Assembly: GCA_964016885.1 (NCBI GenBank) | Contig: OZ024745.1 | Location: forward strand, 99,944,001-100,008,000 | DNA: 64,000 bases | Direction: 5' to 3' | Origin: Eledone cirrhosa | Lineage: Eukaryota | Shown: positions 38,758 through 52,232 of the stretch, in pieces | How positions within the stretch are numbered: position 1 is the first letter of the stretch | Layout: every line of letters begins with the position of its first letter | The notes under the pieces: generated by a model | The model's database searches: none | Told to the model about the DNA's origin: nothing | The model's input: the letters and a program-made list of their open reading frames with translations, nothing else | Program-made: the position numbers and the translations under genes

Positions 38758-40189
38758 TGTGTGAATATTATGCAATAATATATCTTCAAATGTCAATGAT
38801 TTGCCACTTATATTTCTTTTCACGTTTCAAATATGTGCTTTAAATATTTGCTTCATGTGTTTGTTGTAATAAAAAAAAAATGAAGTTGGCATTTTATTTT
38901 TTTTTAATTCCCAAGTTATGGTTTTGCTAAATAGTAACTGACTTAACAATATTTTAAAACTTTATATGAAAACAACTCATATTTTTAGAATGAATGTTTA
39001 CCTTGCAGTCATATCATTTTTGTTTATTCTATTTTATTTAAAATATTATTATTTTGTCTAAAATGTCACACAAACTTTTCCTCCTCCTACTTGTTTGTTT
39101 AAGCATGTATGAAACACAAACTAAATTGCCTATGTTTCTTATGATTGTGATACATAAGAAGCCTTTGAGCACTAATATTAACAGGAAATAGACAGTTTGA
39201 TGTCAGTTGGTTTAGCTGCTTAAATCAAAGATGATTTCTTTGTAAAGAGTAACTTATTTAAGTGAATCAGTTCAGTTTATACCTAATAGTTATTTAGTTC
39301 CTTCGATTGATATAAACATCTTAAAGCTTATTGTTGGAATAACTCTTTGGTTTGTTACCCACCCTCTCCTCTAAAACACTGTCTTAAATAGTTTGATCAC
39401 TGTCTGGTATCAGGCTCCATCTGCTATCTTTATTTATTTGGACACCCAAACCTTTGTTTTATATAAGATTCCAATACTCTTATCCACTACACCACAGTCC
39501 CTGTGGGATAGTTATGTCTTATGTCAATCGTATTCAAGTTGTATTCATTTTTGGTGATATCTTCTATATTAAGCCAAACCCAGTGCAATGTTTACTGATT
39601 ATCTTTTCAGCTGATACTCTGTACTGTTTCTTTATCTATAATGGAAAATTTATTTCATAGTCATATCTCATTTCACTAGTCATATCATATGTTCTGTTAT
39701 TGCTGACTTTACTGTGTCTTCTCTGATATAGCTTTTCCTTATTGTTTCTCTACTTCAAGTGCATGGGATGTTCCATTTCTTGAATAGATTTAGATGTGGT
39801 GAGACAACTTTGGAATATGATGTTAACTCTAAATATTGTTCTAATGTTATACTTGTTACTTAGCATGGCATGGGTTAGGATGGAGTTATTACAAACCAAA
39901 TCAGCGCTTAATTAGAGCTACCAGCCTTTCTAGATAGGCTGGGTGCTACATATTGCATTCATACATTCCAGATTTGACATGATTTCTACAGCTGGATACT
40001 TTCCCTAACAATAACAACTTTACAGGGAATAGATGCAAATGATAAACAATTATTATAGCTCATAAACAATCATATTAAAACCATGATTGTGATATGATAA
40101 AATACCAGGAAAAACTAGGTTTCTATTTAGAAACACCAAATTAGTAGAGATATACTAACACAGAAAAAAAAATCATGGTCAAATTAAAT

Positions 40190-40850
40190 CTTCTTTTCTT
40201 CGTACACTTATTCTTGAGAGGGTCGTGGAGGCAGAGTCCTCAAACACTCCTTCCAGCTGGTCCTGTCAGAAGCAACCATCTCCAACTGATCAGGCTGGAT
40301 CCCAAGCATGACCAGCCAAGCTCATGGATGTTATCCAGCCACTTGCTCAGGGTCTACCCCTGGGTCTTCTACCTGTTGCATATCCCGAGGCTCCAAAGAG
40401 GGTCCAGAAGGGAGCAAACTGTAGCAGATGGAGCCTGGAACATCACAACCCTTACAGGTAAGGAGCAGGAACTAGTGGAGGAGGATAGATGCTACCGACT
40501 AGATATAGTCGTGGTTTCCTCAACAAAGTTTCGTAACTCTGACACTAGATTTGGATGGAGAACGGAAACTCCACTATTCGGATGTGGCATCAGTAAATTT
40601 ATGCACAGGCAGGAGTGGGAATACTCACAAGCCCCCGGCTGTCAGAATGTGTTATGGACTGGATCCCGTTAGGAGAGAGAATTTGCCTCTTGAAGCTTCG
40701 ACTGAAAGATAGGTCTGTGAGTAGTGCAAGTTTATGCACCAAACAATGAGTCCGGATACAGATCCTTCCTTGATGAAGTCACTGCAGCGTTAGATATAAT
40801 TAAGACAGTCATATACCCTGGTGGTAGACTTCAATCCACATGTTGAAATT
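40190..40850. mobile_element. Expander/Rex3-like RTE remnant with inverted structure
   Basis: 40190-40380: LINE 3' end on the minus strand (RRPRGRP..WLDNI); 40380-40850: APE fragment on the plus strand (WNITTLTGKEQELVEE, GVGIL, QVYAP, DFNPHV). Confidence 0.8.
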
Positions 40851-41645
40851 AATTGTTAGAAATCATAATTATAAATTATTTCTGGGTAGCACCAATAAAT
40901 TATTTTTGGGTGTTTTCAAAACCATAAATGAAAACAAATAATAAGTTGCTTTGAAAGTAAATTTTTGGAGTGTACCAATTCTTAATATAGTCCATTAATA
41001 ATTGAAATGCTCAATGTGGTATTTTTTTATGAGATACTAACTCTAAAGTGTTTTAACTTGATTGGTAATGACTCCGTAAATTTTAAAATAACTTATTTGT
41101 TTGATTCCTTTTATAGTGTTATATATGTATATGAATATATATATATATATGTGTGTTTGTGTATGTGTATATATGTGTGTGTGTGTATGTATATATATAT
41201 ATATATATTAATAACGGAGGGGTGGACCAATTGACTTTGTACAGTGGTGGTGGGCTCTGTAAATTACTTTGAAAGCTAAAGAATGTATTTATGTATTTTG
41301 TTCTAATTAAACCTGGTGCTATTATCAGTCTGTATTGTAGTGTTGGTGCTATATCAGTTCCATTCCCTAGACATTGCTTATTAGTATTTTGAGAAGAAAT
41401 ATTCTCTAGAAATGTCACAGACTGCTGTAAATGCTTAACGACATTCAAATTTCACTTAATTATCATTGATTTTTATATTGCTCTCACCCACATATCACAA
41501 CCATTTCATATTAAACAATTACTCAACTGCATTCAACATGCCACCTTACGTACTTCATCATTATTATAATTACTGTTTACCACACATTTCTGGTTTTTCA
41601 TTAAGAGGATAATTTCCTAATTAATAAAAGATTTCTGTGATCCAT

Positions 41646-42194
41646 ATCTCTCTCTCTCTCCCCTCTTTCCTCTCTCTCTCCTCTTTCCTCTTTCCTCTCT
41701 CTCTCCTCTTTCCTCTTTCCTCTCTCTCTCCTCTTTCCTCTTTCCTCTCTCTTTCCTCTTTCCTCTCTCTCCTCTCTTTCCTCTTTCCTCTCTCTCCTCT
41801 CTTTCCTCTTTCCTCTCTCTCCTCTCTTTCCTCTTTCCTCTCTCTCCTCTCTTTCCTCTTTCCTCTCCTCTCTTTCCTCTCTCTCCTCTCTTTCCTCTTT
41901 CTCCTCTCTTTCCTCTTTCCTCCCTCTTTCCTCTTTCCTCTCTCTCCCCTCTTTCCTCTTTCTCCTCTCTTTCCTCTTTCTCCTCTCTTTCCTCTTTCCT
42001 CCCTCTCTCTCCCCTCTTTCCTCCCTCTCTCTCCCCTCTTTCCTCCCTCTCTCTCCCCTCTCTCTCCCCTCTTTCCTCTCTCTCCTCTCTTTCCTCTTTC
42101 TCCCCTCTTTCCTCTTTCTCCCCTCTTTCCTCTTTCTCCCCTCTTTCCTCTTTCCTCTCCTCTTCCTTCTTCCTCACATTCCCCTCCTCTCTCC
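41646..42194. repeat. Polypyrimidine/polypurine (CT/TTCCTCT) tract, about 550 bp
   Basis: Almost pure C/T on the plus strand. Confidence 0.97.
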
Positions 42195-42498
42195 TGATAA
42201 TGGTTTGTCTGTCAGTTTTGACAATGACCATTTAGTTATCCTATCAACTACATATTTACTAAATTAGTATCTGAATGATGCCACATGTGTCTCTAACTCT
42301 TAGGCCAAAATCCAATAAGTTTCCACATAGTTTCACTCACAAGGCTTAGGTTGAAAGAGTGTTCAAACCATGAACCACATGTTTGAGTAGCAAAGTGTTT
42401 GACCACTTGGCAATATAAGTTTGATAATTTTGTAAATGTTAACATTTATTGAACTCTCAATGATTAAATCTATATAGCAGTAAATAGAAAGTGTATTA

Positions 42499-42828
42499 GT
42501 GGAGGCACATGGCTTAGTGGTTAGAGCATTGGCATTGCAATCGAGAGGTTGTGAGTTCAATTCTCAGACCGGGTGATGTGTTGTTTCCTTGAGCAAGACA
42601 CTTTATTTCACATTACTCCAGTTTACTCAGCTGTAGAAATGAGATGATGGGGACTGGGGTCCATATCATTCCACTGCAAAGTGGTCGTGGAGGTACCACG
42701 GCAAAGGGGCACCCAGCACTCACTGTAAATGAGGTTGGTGTTAGGAAGGGCATCCAGCTGTAGAAATCAAGCCAGAATCAGTTCCCGTCCCACCCTTGCA
42801 AGCACGGAAAAGCGGACGTAAAATGGTG
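42499..42828 (+). mobile_element. Composite SINE: tRNA head + central domain + RTE 5'UTR-like module + RTE family A 3' tail
   Basis: A-box TGGCTTAGTGG, B-box GTTCAATTC, TGTTGTTTCCTTGAGCAAGACACTT core, GTTAGGAAGGGCATCC module, tail CCCGTCCCACCCTTGCAAGCACGGAAAAGCGGACGTAAAATG nearly identical to 26637-26678. Confidence 0.8.
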
Positions 42829-44174
42829 AAAAAAAAAAGAATTAGATGCTCCACCACCCACCTCACATGCTGGGCTACTAGCCTGCTACTTGTCTACCTA
42901 CCTCACATGCTGGGCTATGTACCCACCTACATTACATGCTGGGCTACTTGCCTACCCACATCACATACTGACTACTTGCCTACCTACCTCACCCATCATG
43001 ATAAACCATTTTCCCCCACCCACCTCAATCTTCTTTACAACTCATGTCTATAAACAACAGAAGCATTGTAGAATTGATGAGTGTGTTGTTTGCTTACAGT
43101 GATAGCTATGGGTATAGCTGAGGATAAGGTACATTTTATTTAACAGCCTTTTTTTTTTTTTAGAAACAGACAATGTTCTCAGGGGATCCTATCTCCTGTC
43201 CACCAAAGAATGATTAATAACAACACATAGAATGATATTCTCTAAACAGTACTCTGATTTTCAAACTTCAAGTTGGACATCTTTTTGGATTCATACTTAA
43301 TAATATGTTATATTTAAATTGAATTTAAAACTCATCTGCTAGTTGTTCCTCCAAAAAAGAGGAAAGTTATAATTACTATAACTTGTGGTTATTCATGTAA
43401 ATATCCCACCTCACACTTTTCAAAACTGTAACATCTGGGTCAACATCTGCACAGTCTGTCTGGTATTTCAGCATCAATTATGGTACTTTTTTTTATATTT
43501 AATTTTTCATAAATAAGCAAAGTATATGATTTCTTTCATTCACATTTCTAAATATATATTTCCAATGAAAAGGCATGAATTTGTGGGGGGTTTTTAATTT
43601 TATTTTATTAAGAACCCAGGTTCCCATACTACATTTAAGGCACTATGCTTCTGTATGTGTATCATTATAACCACTTGTATTTGATATTAAACTTAATTCC
43701 CATATAAAACTCTTTGTCTGTGATTGTGTTTTCATTCACTACATAGAATGTATCTTAAAAACTATCTAATTATGTAATCTCCATACTTGTCTTTCAAATA
43801 TCAAATGTTTTGTAATACAATAATAGTATGCAATTGATCACCACATATTTCTTGACAGAAATGATTAAACTTAGGCTAGTAATTGACAATATTATAACTA
43901 CTATCTATTTTGTGCATGCTTGTATATGAACTACCTGTTAAATAGGAAGCAACGTTATTGTAATTCTAGCAGGGAATTTTAACCTTTTAGCATTTAAACT
44001 GGCCACTCATATCAATGTTACGGTATTGTTCTCAAAATAAATGATATTGAAATCTCATAGACTCAATGTTAAGTGAATTAATTATGTAAGATAAAGACTT
44101 TACCATGAAAATATAATAGTAAATGTAATGTGAATGCTAAAGGGTTAATATCCACATTGTGAAGCATCAATACA

Positions 44175-45245
44175 TATGAGGGGTGGCTGAAAAGTTCATA
44201 GGCTGACTAACATACTCATGGAATGTGACCAAATGGGGTTTATTTTTCAACATAGTCCCCCTAGCAGTCCACACATTTCTTCCATTGATGTTGCAGTGCT
44301 TCCATTGGTGAAGAAGCTTTTTATCCTTTTGGTAAAAAAAAGGGTCATCAACAACAAATATGACATCATCATCATAATACTGGTTGCTAGCCAAGTGTTA
44401 TTTTCATTCTGGGGAACAGATGATAGTCAGATGGGGTCTAATCAGTAGAATAGGGAGGGTGATCAACCAGTTCAAAGCCACAGTCATGCACAGCAGCCAT
44501 TGAAAGCAAAGACTTGTGTGCCGGAGCATTGTCCTGATGAAACAAGACACCTTTCGTCAGTTTTCCTGGGCATTTGGTTTTGGTAGCCTTTTGTAACTGC
44601 CTCAGCAAGTTGATATAGTACTCTCCATTGATGGTGTGGCTCTTTTGAAAAGAGTCAATAAACATGATGCTTTTTGCATCTCAAACTGAGGCCATCACCT
44701 TCCCTGCTGATATAATGACCTTGGGTTTTTCCACTGCATAGATTGTCTCTTTTGTCTCTGGCTCAAAGTGATGAACCCAATACTCATCCTTGGTTAAGGA
44801 ACGTTCAAGGAAACCAGTTGGATCTTCCTCAAACAATATCAGATTTTTCCCATGATGTGATTAGCCGGGTGCACTTTTGATCAGTTGTCAGAAGACATGG
44901 CACCCTCTGAGCAGAAACCTTCATGGCAAGTTCATTGTGCAGAATATTCTCAATTCTCTCACAGGATATACTAATAGGATTGCCTATTTGATTTATAGTC
45001 AATCGCCTGTCATCCATCACGGTGTATTGAACACAATCCATGTTTTTCTCAGTGGTGGCTGTTGCAGGACGTTCAGACCTTGGGTCATCTTTAAGATTCT
45101 CCCTTCATCTCCTAAATGCAGCTGCTCAATTTTTTCACTACTGATAAAGCTGGAGCAACAACCATGTCAGTATGAATGTCATTGGGGGCCCAAAACCTTT
45201 TTCTACATGTACTTGATAACACCACATTGCCAAAACAGGTTTTGA
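44175..45245 (-). mobile_element. Decayed mariner (DD34D) transposon
   Basis: LFHQDNAPAH, LVDHPPYS, TINGEYY and DRRLTI motifs; TIR-like TATGAGGGGTGGCTGAAAAGTTC at the left end; other TIR not found. Confidence 0.9.
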
Positions 45246-46773
45246 TTCTATGAAATAAAACAACCCATTTTAAAGGTTTCCAATTTAAATTAAAATCTTC
45301 CAACATTTATATAAAAACCTTACATTAAGTTACTATCTTAGTAATGAAATAATAATTTTAGTAAATCCCTCAAAATTCTTCATTAATTAATTAAAATAGA
45401 GCGTAATTTATTAGAAATGCGGTCATGAAAAGGTTAAACATTCATAACCCTGCATTTATTCAATCTATTTTAATATTGTCATAAGGTGACTGTTAGTAGT
45501 AGTTGTTGGGTAGCTCCAGGTTAGCCCTGGTTGAGCAGACCTGTAATCAAAGCCATAACAGTCCTGTCTTTCTTTTTTTTTCTTTTTTTCTTTAAGACTG
45601 TAGTGTGTGATAGGAGGGAGATTTGGCTGCTTTTTCTAGCTAGCTGAAAGACCACATTGATGTTCCCTCGTTTTCTTGGATGACTGTTAGATTCTCTATT
45701 GTGTTTAGGCATGTGTGTGTGTGTGTGTGTGTATAACTGATTTATAAGTGAGTTTGTCATTGGTGCCACAACAAAAAGCATGAAGTCACAAGAAAACTCT
45801 ACCCACTGTAAAGTGCTTGGTGTTAGGAAAGACACACAGCTATAGAAACCAACTCGAAAGCAGAAGTATGAGCAAGACATAGTCACCTGACTTGTCTTGC
45901 CTCAGTTCATGACAATCCATCTAACTCATGCAAGCCTGGAAAATATGTTAAATTGTGATGATGATGATGGTGATGGTGAATGTGTGTATCCAGTTTAGAA
46001 TAGGTATGTATATATGTGTGTCATAAGTGGCAATTAAATGTGTTGGTGTCATGAATAGTATCCAGCTGTAAAACATTGCTTCAAAAAAGACTTCATGGAG
46101 CCTGCAAGGAAAATGGCCTAAAATGTTTATTGTTGTATTAATACTTAAATTATTGATGTTTGATGTGTGTAAATCAACATATTACACTTTCTTTGCATGA
46201 ATCTATCTAATCTATTAAACAATTATTGTTAATATTGCTTTGTCTTTAATGTAATCTGTGGGTGTGAAAGTTGCACCAGTTTGAAGATTCACTTAAAATA
46301 CTTGGTATGAATGCTTGTCATGTGTATGGTCTAGTATGAACAGAAGATACAGTTTCTTATTTCGATATTTTAATTAGCTCTACTAGCCGAGTAAACTAGA
46401 TTGATATTTTAAGGACAACTTAATAACATTTAGGTTGTTAATTACAAACAGATTGATTAAGTAGGAAGGTTGCAGTACCTGTATATAAAAAAAAAAATTA
46501 ATATAATACCTCAGTGAAAGCAGATGTCTTCTAATGTTGAAGATTTCAGTTGAATATAATTTACAACAAGAATGATTATATAAATTCTCTTGTTGCTTTT
46601 CAAATTATCAAACAATTTTCTTTTCTTATACTTATGTCAGTTGTTCTTGAACTGAAAGATTGCAAATGTGTAATCAGATAGAATGTAAATAAATTATCTA
46701 TTTATTTTATTAATTTGTCAGAGAAGAGAAAGGAGCAGCCATGACCTTTGTATGTCTTCCAAACTGTGGAAAT

Positions 46774-47731
46774 TGATGTGGTTGATGTTAAGTTTAAACT
46801 TCTGTAGGTTCATGTGGTTGGTGTTAAGTTTAAACTTCTGTAGGTTCATGTGGTTGGTGTTAAGTTTAAACTTCTGTAGGTTGATGTGGTTGGTGTTAAG
46901 TTTAAACCTCTGTAGGTTCATGTGGTTGGTGTTAAGTTTAAACCTCTGTAGATTGGTGTGGTTGGTGTTAAGTTTAAACTTCTGTAGGTTGATGTGGTTG
47001 GTGTTAAGTTTAAACCTCTGTAGGTTCATGTGGTTGGTGTTAAGTTTAAACTTCTGTAGATTGGTGTGGTTGGTGTTAAGTTTAAACTTCTGTAGGTTGA
47101 TGTGGTTGGTGTTAAGTTTAAACCTCTGTAGGTTGATGTGGTTGGTGTTAAGTTTAAACCTCTGTAGGTTCATGTGGTTGGTGTTAAGTTTAAACCTCTG
47201 TAGATTGGTGTGGTTGGTGTTAAGTTTAAACTTCTGTAGGTTGATGTGGTTGGTGTTAAGTTTAAACTTCTGTAGGTTCATGTGGTTGGTGTTAAGTTTA
47301 AACTTCTGTAGATTGGTGTGGTTGGTGTTAAGTTTAAACTTCTGTAGGTTGATGTGGTTGGTGTTAAGTTTAAACCTCTGTAGGTTCATGTGGTTGGTGT
47401 TAAGTTTAAACTTCTGTAGATTGGTGTGGTTGGTGTTAAGTTTAAACTTCTGTAGATTGGTGTGGTTGGTGTTAAGTTTAAACTTCTATAGGTTGATGTG
47501 GTTGGTGTTAAGTTTAAACCTCTGTAGATTGGTGTGGTTGGTGTTAAGTTTAAACTTCTGTAGATTGGTGTGGTTGGTGTTAAGTTTAAACCTCTGTAGG
47601 TTGATGTGGTTGGTGTTAAGTTTAAACCTCTGTAGGTTGATGTGGTTGGTGTTAAGTTTAAACTTCTGTAGATTGGTGTGGTTGGTGTTAAGTTTAAACT
47701 TCTGTAGATTGGTGTGAAGTTTAAACTTCTG
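46774..47731. repeat. 36-bp minisatellite, about 26 copies
   Basis: Unit TGTGGTTGGTGTTAAGTTTAAAC(T/C)TCTGTAG(GTTCA/GTTGA/ATTGG). Confidence 0.97.
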
Positions 47732-47808
47732 TATGTGGGAAAACATTAGAAAGGAGTGAACTATATATGGTATGGAATAATTAAAGAAAACGTCTATATG
47801 GTCTAGAG

Positions 47809-48094
47809 CAGGCATAGGCAACCTTTTTCGAGAAGCGGGCCGCATGAGATATGGCTCATCATCGGGCGGGCCGCAAGCACTAATTTACATTTGTGCCCAC
47901 ATTAAAAAAAAGGTGGTAACTCAAGTTGTTTTGATTTGTTTCTTCAGAATTCATACATGTTTTCCTTGATCGTAAAAATGATAGAAAGATAAATTACGGC
48001 TGAAACGTTGGGGTAAAAAGATCAGAAAGATTTCACTTAGGTGACTTAGGCAAGCCATTCAGAAAGCTTCGCGAGTGGCAGGTTGCCATGTCTG
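47809..48094. mobile_element. hAT (Charlie-like) MITE
   Basis: TIRs CAGGCATAGGCAACC / GGTTGCCATGTCTG; 8-bp TSD gtctagag/gtccagag. Confidence 0.85.
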
Positions 48095-48567
48095 GTCCAG
48101 AGGATGAAACCCAGTAGATATGAGAAGCAGAAAGATGGGGCAGATGCTAGGTCAGAGAGATGGTGGTAAGCAGCATACTATTGGGATTATTGTAGCAGTA
48201 GACTAGAGAGAAGAAACAGCACCACTATGAACTAGTTGTGTAGCTTGTTAAGGAGTCTTTGCCAATCAACTAAAGTCTTTCTTTTTTGTGAAAGATGTTT
48301 GGGTGTGTGCGTGTGTGTACCAGCACCATCCCAAGTATGTGAGTAGTACTCCAATGGGGATTTTAGTTTATCTTTGAGGGTCAGCAACTGATTAGAGTTT
48401 AAGTACTTTCTGGCATTGGAGAGAAAGGCTAGTTTTTAGGGTGCATATTAGCATGTTTTTATATATGTCACCACTGAGAGATCATCAGAGATTGTTAGTA
48501 GTGGCATTTGTAGTGACTTTGAGGGCTTTAGTTGTGCATAGGAAGGTTGTAGTGTCTATTTCCTTAA

Positions 48568-49613
48568 TCATCATCATCATCATCATCATCGTTTAACGTC
48601 TATCTTCCACGCTAGCATGGGTTTAGATGGCAATTGTCACACTTCAGGCAAGATTGGTCGTCTCGCTCGTATGGGACTGTCTGGCAGGTTTTCTACGGCT
48701 GGATACCCTTCCTAACACCAACCACGTTTACAGTGTGGACTCGGAGGTTTTTACCGTGTTACCTACACGGCCACATTACAGCGTGGACTGTGTGTTTTTT
48801 TGTTGTGACACCTACACAACCTCATTTATTTAGGACTGGATGTTGTGGCACCAACATAACTTTACAGAGAAAGGGGTGGTGTTGATGAGGTTGGGGTAGT
48901 GGGATGGGGGTGTATATTTGATTAAGAGGTGCCTACTGACTGTAGGTTTCGCTTTGTACTTAGGCAAGGCGGGTTTTCTGTATTACTGTGTGGCGCCAAA
49001 GACCTCGGTCCAGTGACATTGTCTTAGAGAGGTGTAAGTGTGTATGGTCGGAATTTATCAAATCATCCCAGGTTTTTGTGGGTCTGCCGACTCAATTTTG
49101 ATCGCCCTGCACTTTTTTATACAACTGTCGTCTTTCATGCGCATCACGTGACCATACCAACGTAGTCTTCTCTCGAGTAAACAGCATCTTATCCCTCTTA
49201 TACCTAACTAGCAGATGTACCCGGCATTGCTCGGGAAATGAATGACATCCAGTTTGTCCGTATAAAGAGAGCCAAAGGTTGAGCAAAGAAATGTAATTGT
49301 AAAAAAAAGTTTAACAAAATGGGTGTACAGTGATATGATTGAGTGAAATAAACGGCAACATAAAAACAATTCATGGGGTAGCTTGAGTTAATTGACGTGA
49401 ATGATTTCAGGTCCAGCCTTGCTGTAGTAGGTATGAGTAAGGGGATAAAGATGGAATAGACACACCATATGTCCTTCAATAGACTAAACCCTATGCGTAA
49501 GATGGCGCTGCCACTGCCACGTTGACCATCCACTGGACATAGAAATATCATTCCTTGAAGCAAATCGGCCTAGTACTTCAAAAGTTAAAAGGAGCCTAGT
49601 ATTTGTACACAGA

Positions 49614-49652
<39 letters not shown>

Positions 49653-51476
49653 TGACTTGCTTTTATATATATAGATTTCTCACTTAGTTCCTTTATGCCT
49701 TGCTGGTCACATATATTACTATTACACATCCAGCGGAGCATGCATGCTTCGTTCCTCTCCAGTCTGCGCAGATCCTCTGCGCACAATGCCCATGTCTCAC
49801 TGCCATGTAACATAGCTGTTTGTATGCAGGCATCATACAGCCTGCCTTTCATTTTTAGAGAGAAACCTTTAGCGGCCAATAGTGGTATAAGCTCTCTGAG
49901 CTTTTTCCATCCCGTTCTGACTCTGGCTACTGTACTTTCAGAGCACCTTCCACCACTGCTGATTTTGTCACCCAGGTAATGGAAGCTGTCCACTATTTCT
50001 ATAGAACCATCTGTGCAATGGAATGAGGTAGTATTCTGTGGGCACTTGCTGCTACTTATTGCACCTGAGCACCGGCCACATATAAAATCTACGTTCTTAG
50101 ATAGTTTACCTGTGATCCCACTACATCTTTTATGCACCCATACTTTGTATTTGGGACATAAAATGGAATTTGTGCCTACTCCTTTCCTACACACTGAGCA
50201 TGGCCATTTCCCAGAGGGTACCTCTGCCCTATTTTCCTTCCTACATACTAGAACTTTAGTCTTAGACAAGTTAACTTTAAGGCCTTTTGATTCTAGGTCA
50301 TGCTTCCATGTTTGGAATTTCTTCTCTAGTTCAGCAATTGATTCAGCCATGAGCGTTAGATCATCTGCATAGAGAAGTTCCCATGGGCAGCCAGTCTTGA
50401 ACTCCTCTGTTATGGCCTGAAGGGCAATAATAAATAGGAGGGGGCTAAGGACAGAGCCCTGATGAACACCAACTTTTACGCTAAATTCTTCACTATATTC
50501 GTTTTTAATTCTAACCTTGCTGACTGTTTCTTTATATATGGCTTATATAGCTCTCACAAGCCATTCATCAACCCCTAATTTTCTAAGGGCCCACCAGATA
50601 ATGGCGCGGGGGACTCTGTCAAAGGCTTTCTCCAAGTCAACAAAAGCTATGTAGAGGGGTTTACTTTTAGCTAGGTACTTCTCCTGTAGTTGTCGTACAA
50701 GGAAAAGGGCGTCTGTGGTACTTTTACCTGACACAAACCCAAACTGCATTTCGTCTAGATCAATTTGCTCTCTGATTAGTTGCGCTATAACTTTTTCTGT
50801 GACCTTCATGACCTGGTCAATTAATTTAATGCCTCTATAGTTTCCTCTATCTAGTGCATCTCCTTGATGTAGCAGTTAATGATGATGCTGCTACGCCAGT
50901 CATTTGGTATGACCCCGTTCTGTATGACTTCGTTTACTATCCGTGTGACCATAGTGTGTCCCACCGTTCCAGATGCTTTCAGCATTTCAGCAACTATCTC
51001 CGAAGGCCCAGCTGCCTTGCCTGCCTTCATATCTTTGATTGCTTTACTTATTATACTACCTTCAACTTGCACTGTTGGTCCCCTCTATTGGATCGATGTG
51101 GGGCAGACTATCTTTGTCCCATTTATTCTCCTCATTTAGTAGCCGCTTGTAGTGACACTTCCAAGCTACCTTCTTATCAGCGTCAATGATGGCAAGTACA
51201 CCATCATCATTACGGACACGCTTCTCCCCGACAATATCACGGTTTTCCTTGACACATTGCCTGAACACCTCACGTTTTTGGTCCTCGCGTTGTAGAACAT
51301 GCTTGAACTTTCTTTCCTCTGCTTCCCTTCTTGCGAAGTACACTTGACTCCTGGCCACTTGATAGTCTTCTCTACTGCCCCCATCCCGCCATACTTTCCA
51401 AGCCTGCTTTTTGGCCTTGATTAACTCCTCCACCTTATTGTTCCACCACCAAGTTACTCTCCTCCTGCCTATAGGT
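48568..51476 (-). mobile_element. 5'-truncated RTE LINE (family B), degenerate, interrupted by a Helitron
   Basis: Minus-strand ORF pieces with QFGF, FVDLEKAFDRV, YADD, YLGD; (CAT)n tail at 48568-48590. Confidence 0.93.
49208..49675 (-). mobile_element. Non-autonomous Helitron nested in RTE family B
   Basis: Minus strand starts TCTATATATATAAAAG, ends with hairpin CCCGAGCAATGCCGGG and CTAG; inserted between A and T with no TSD; the RTE sequence rejoins as gagaaa^ttaggt. Confidence 0.9.
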
Positions 51477-52192
51477 CTTTAATGTGTGTGGAATTCACTA
51501 GGTTTCTTGTCTCTGTATGAGAGCCGTGCAAGTCTGGCTTAAGGTGTTTAGATTGTTTTTCATAAAAGTAGTCAAGCACCTTGACCTCACTGCCAGGCCA
51601 AGGATTTCTAGAAATTATTCACAATGCTTGAGCTAAAAGTTCTTTAGAAGTAATCTTCATGACAATAAATATGAAATATGCTGCCACAACCATACCAATT
51701 ATTCCCCGTAGTCTAGACCTAACCTTGATATGCATTTAAAGAGGTTACCATGTAAAATTTCAATCCACAAATTAAAAAAAAAAAATAATCATACAAAAAC
51801 TGCTTACATCCTCTAGAAACAACTTCTCAATTTAAACAACAGCACCTCACTTTAAGTGGGATTCCTTTAGTCTGGAGTAGCATACACAATAACATTAATG
51901 TCATGCAGACTGAACAGTTATCAAACCAAAAGAAGTCATTATTTCATATAAGAGTGCTTGTTACCTTGCTCGCTTAATCTTTTGGGATTTCTGGTTAGCC
52001 CATTTAAAACGGCTAGATATAAGAGTATTAAATTTTGATAGCATTAATTTTGTATTCAAAGAGATAGAAAGTTCTTGTGTTTAACACTCTGTGAATTTTT
52101 ACCATTTCTGAATGTTTTTTTAAAAATAATCTTATATCTCCATGAAACTTTGGTATTATTACTATAGCAACATTTAACAGATGGTTCTCTCT

Positions 52193-52232
<40 letters not shown>

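Noticed and set aside
41617-42231. 204-aa E/R/K-rich and 186-aa S/L/F/P-rich ORFs
   Set aside because: Translations of the CT microsatellite tract
42499-42572. tRNA gene
   Set aside because: tRNA-like head runs straight into a SINE body; acceptor stem does not pair convincingly
46718-47845. Long ORFs (321, 223 and 119 aa) and a CRISPR-like look
   Set aside because: Products of a stop-free 36-bp tandem repeat; no unique spacers, no cas genes, eukaryotic intron
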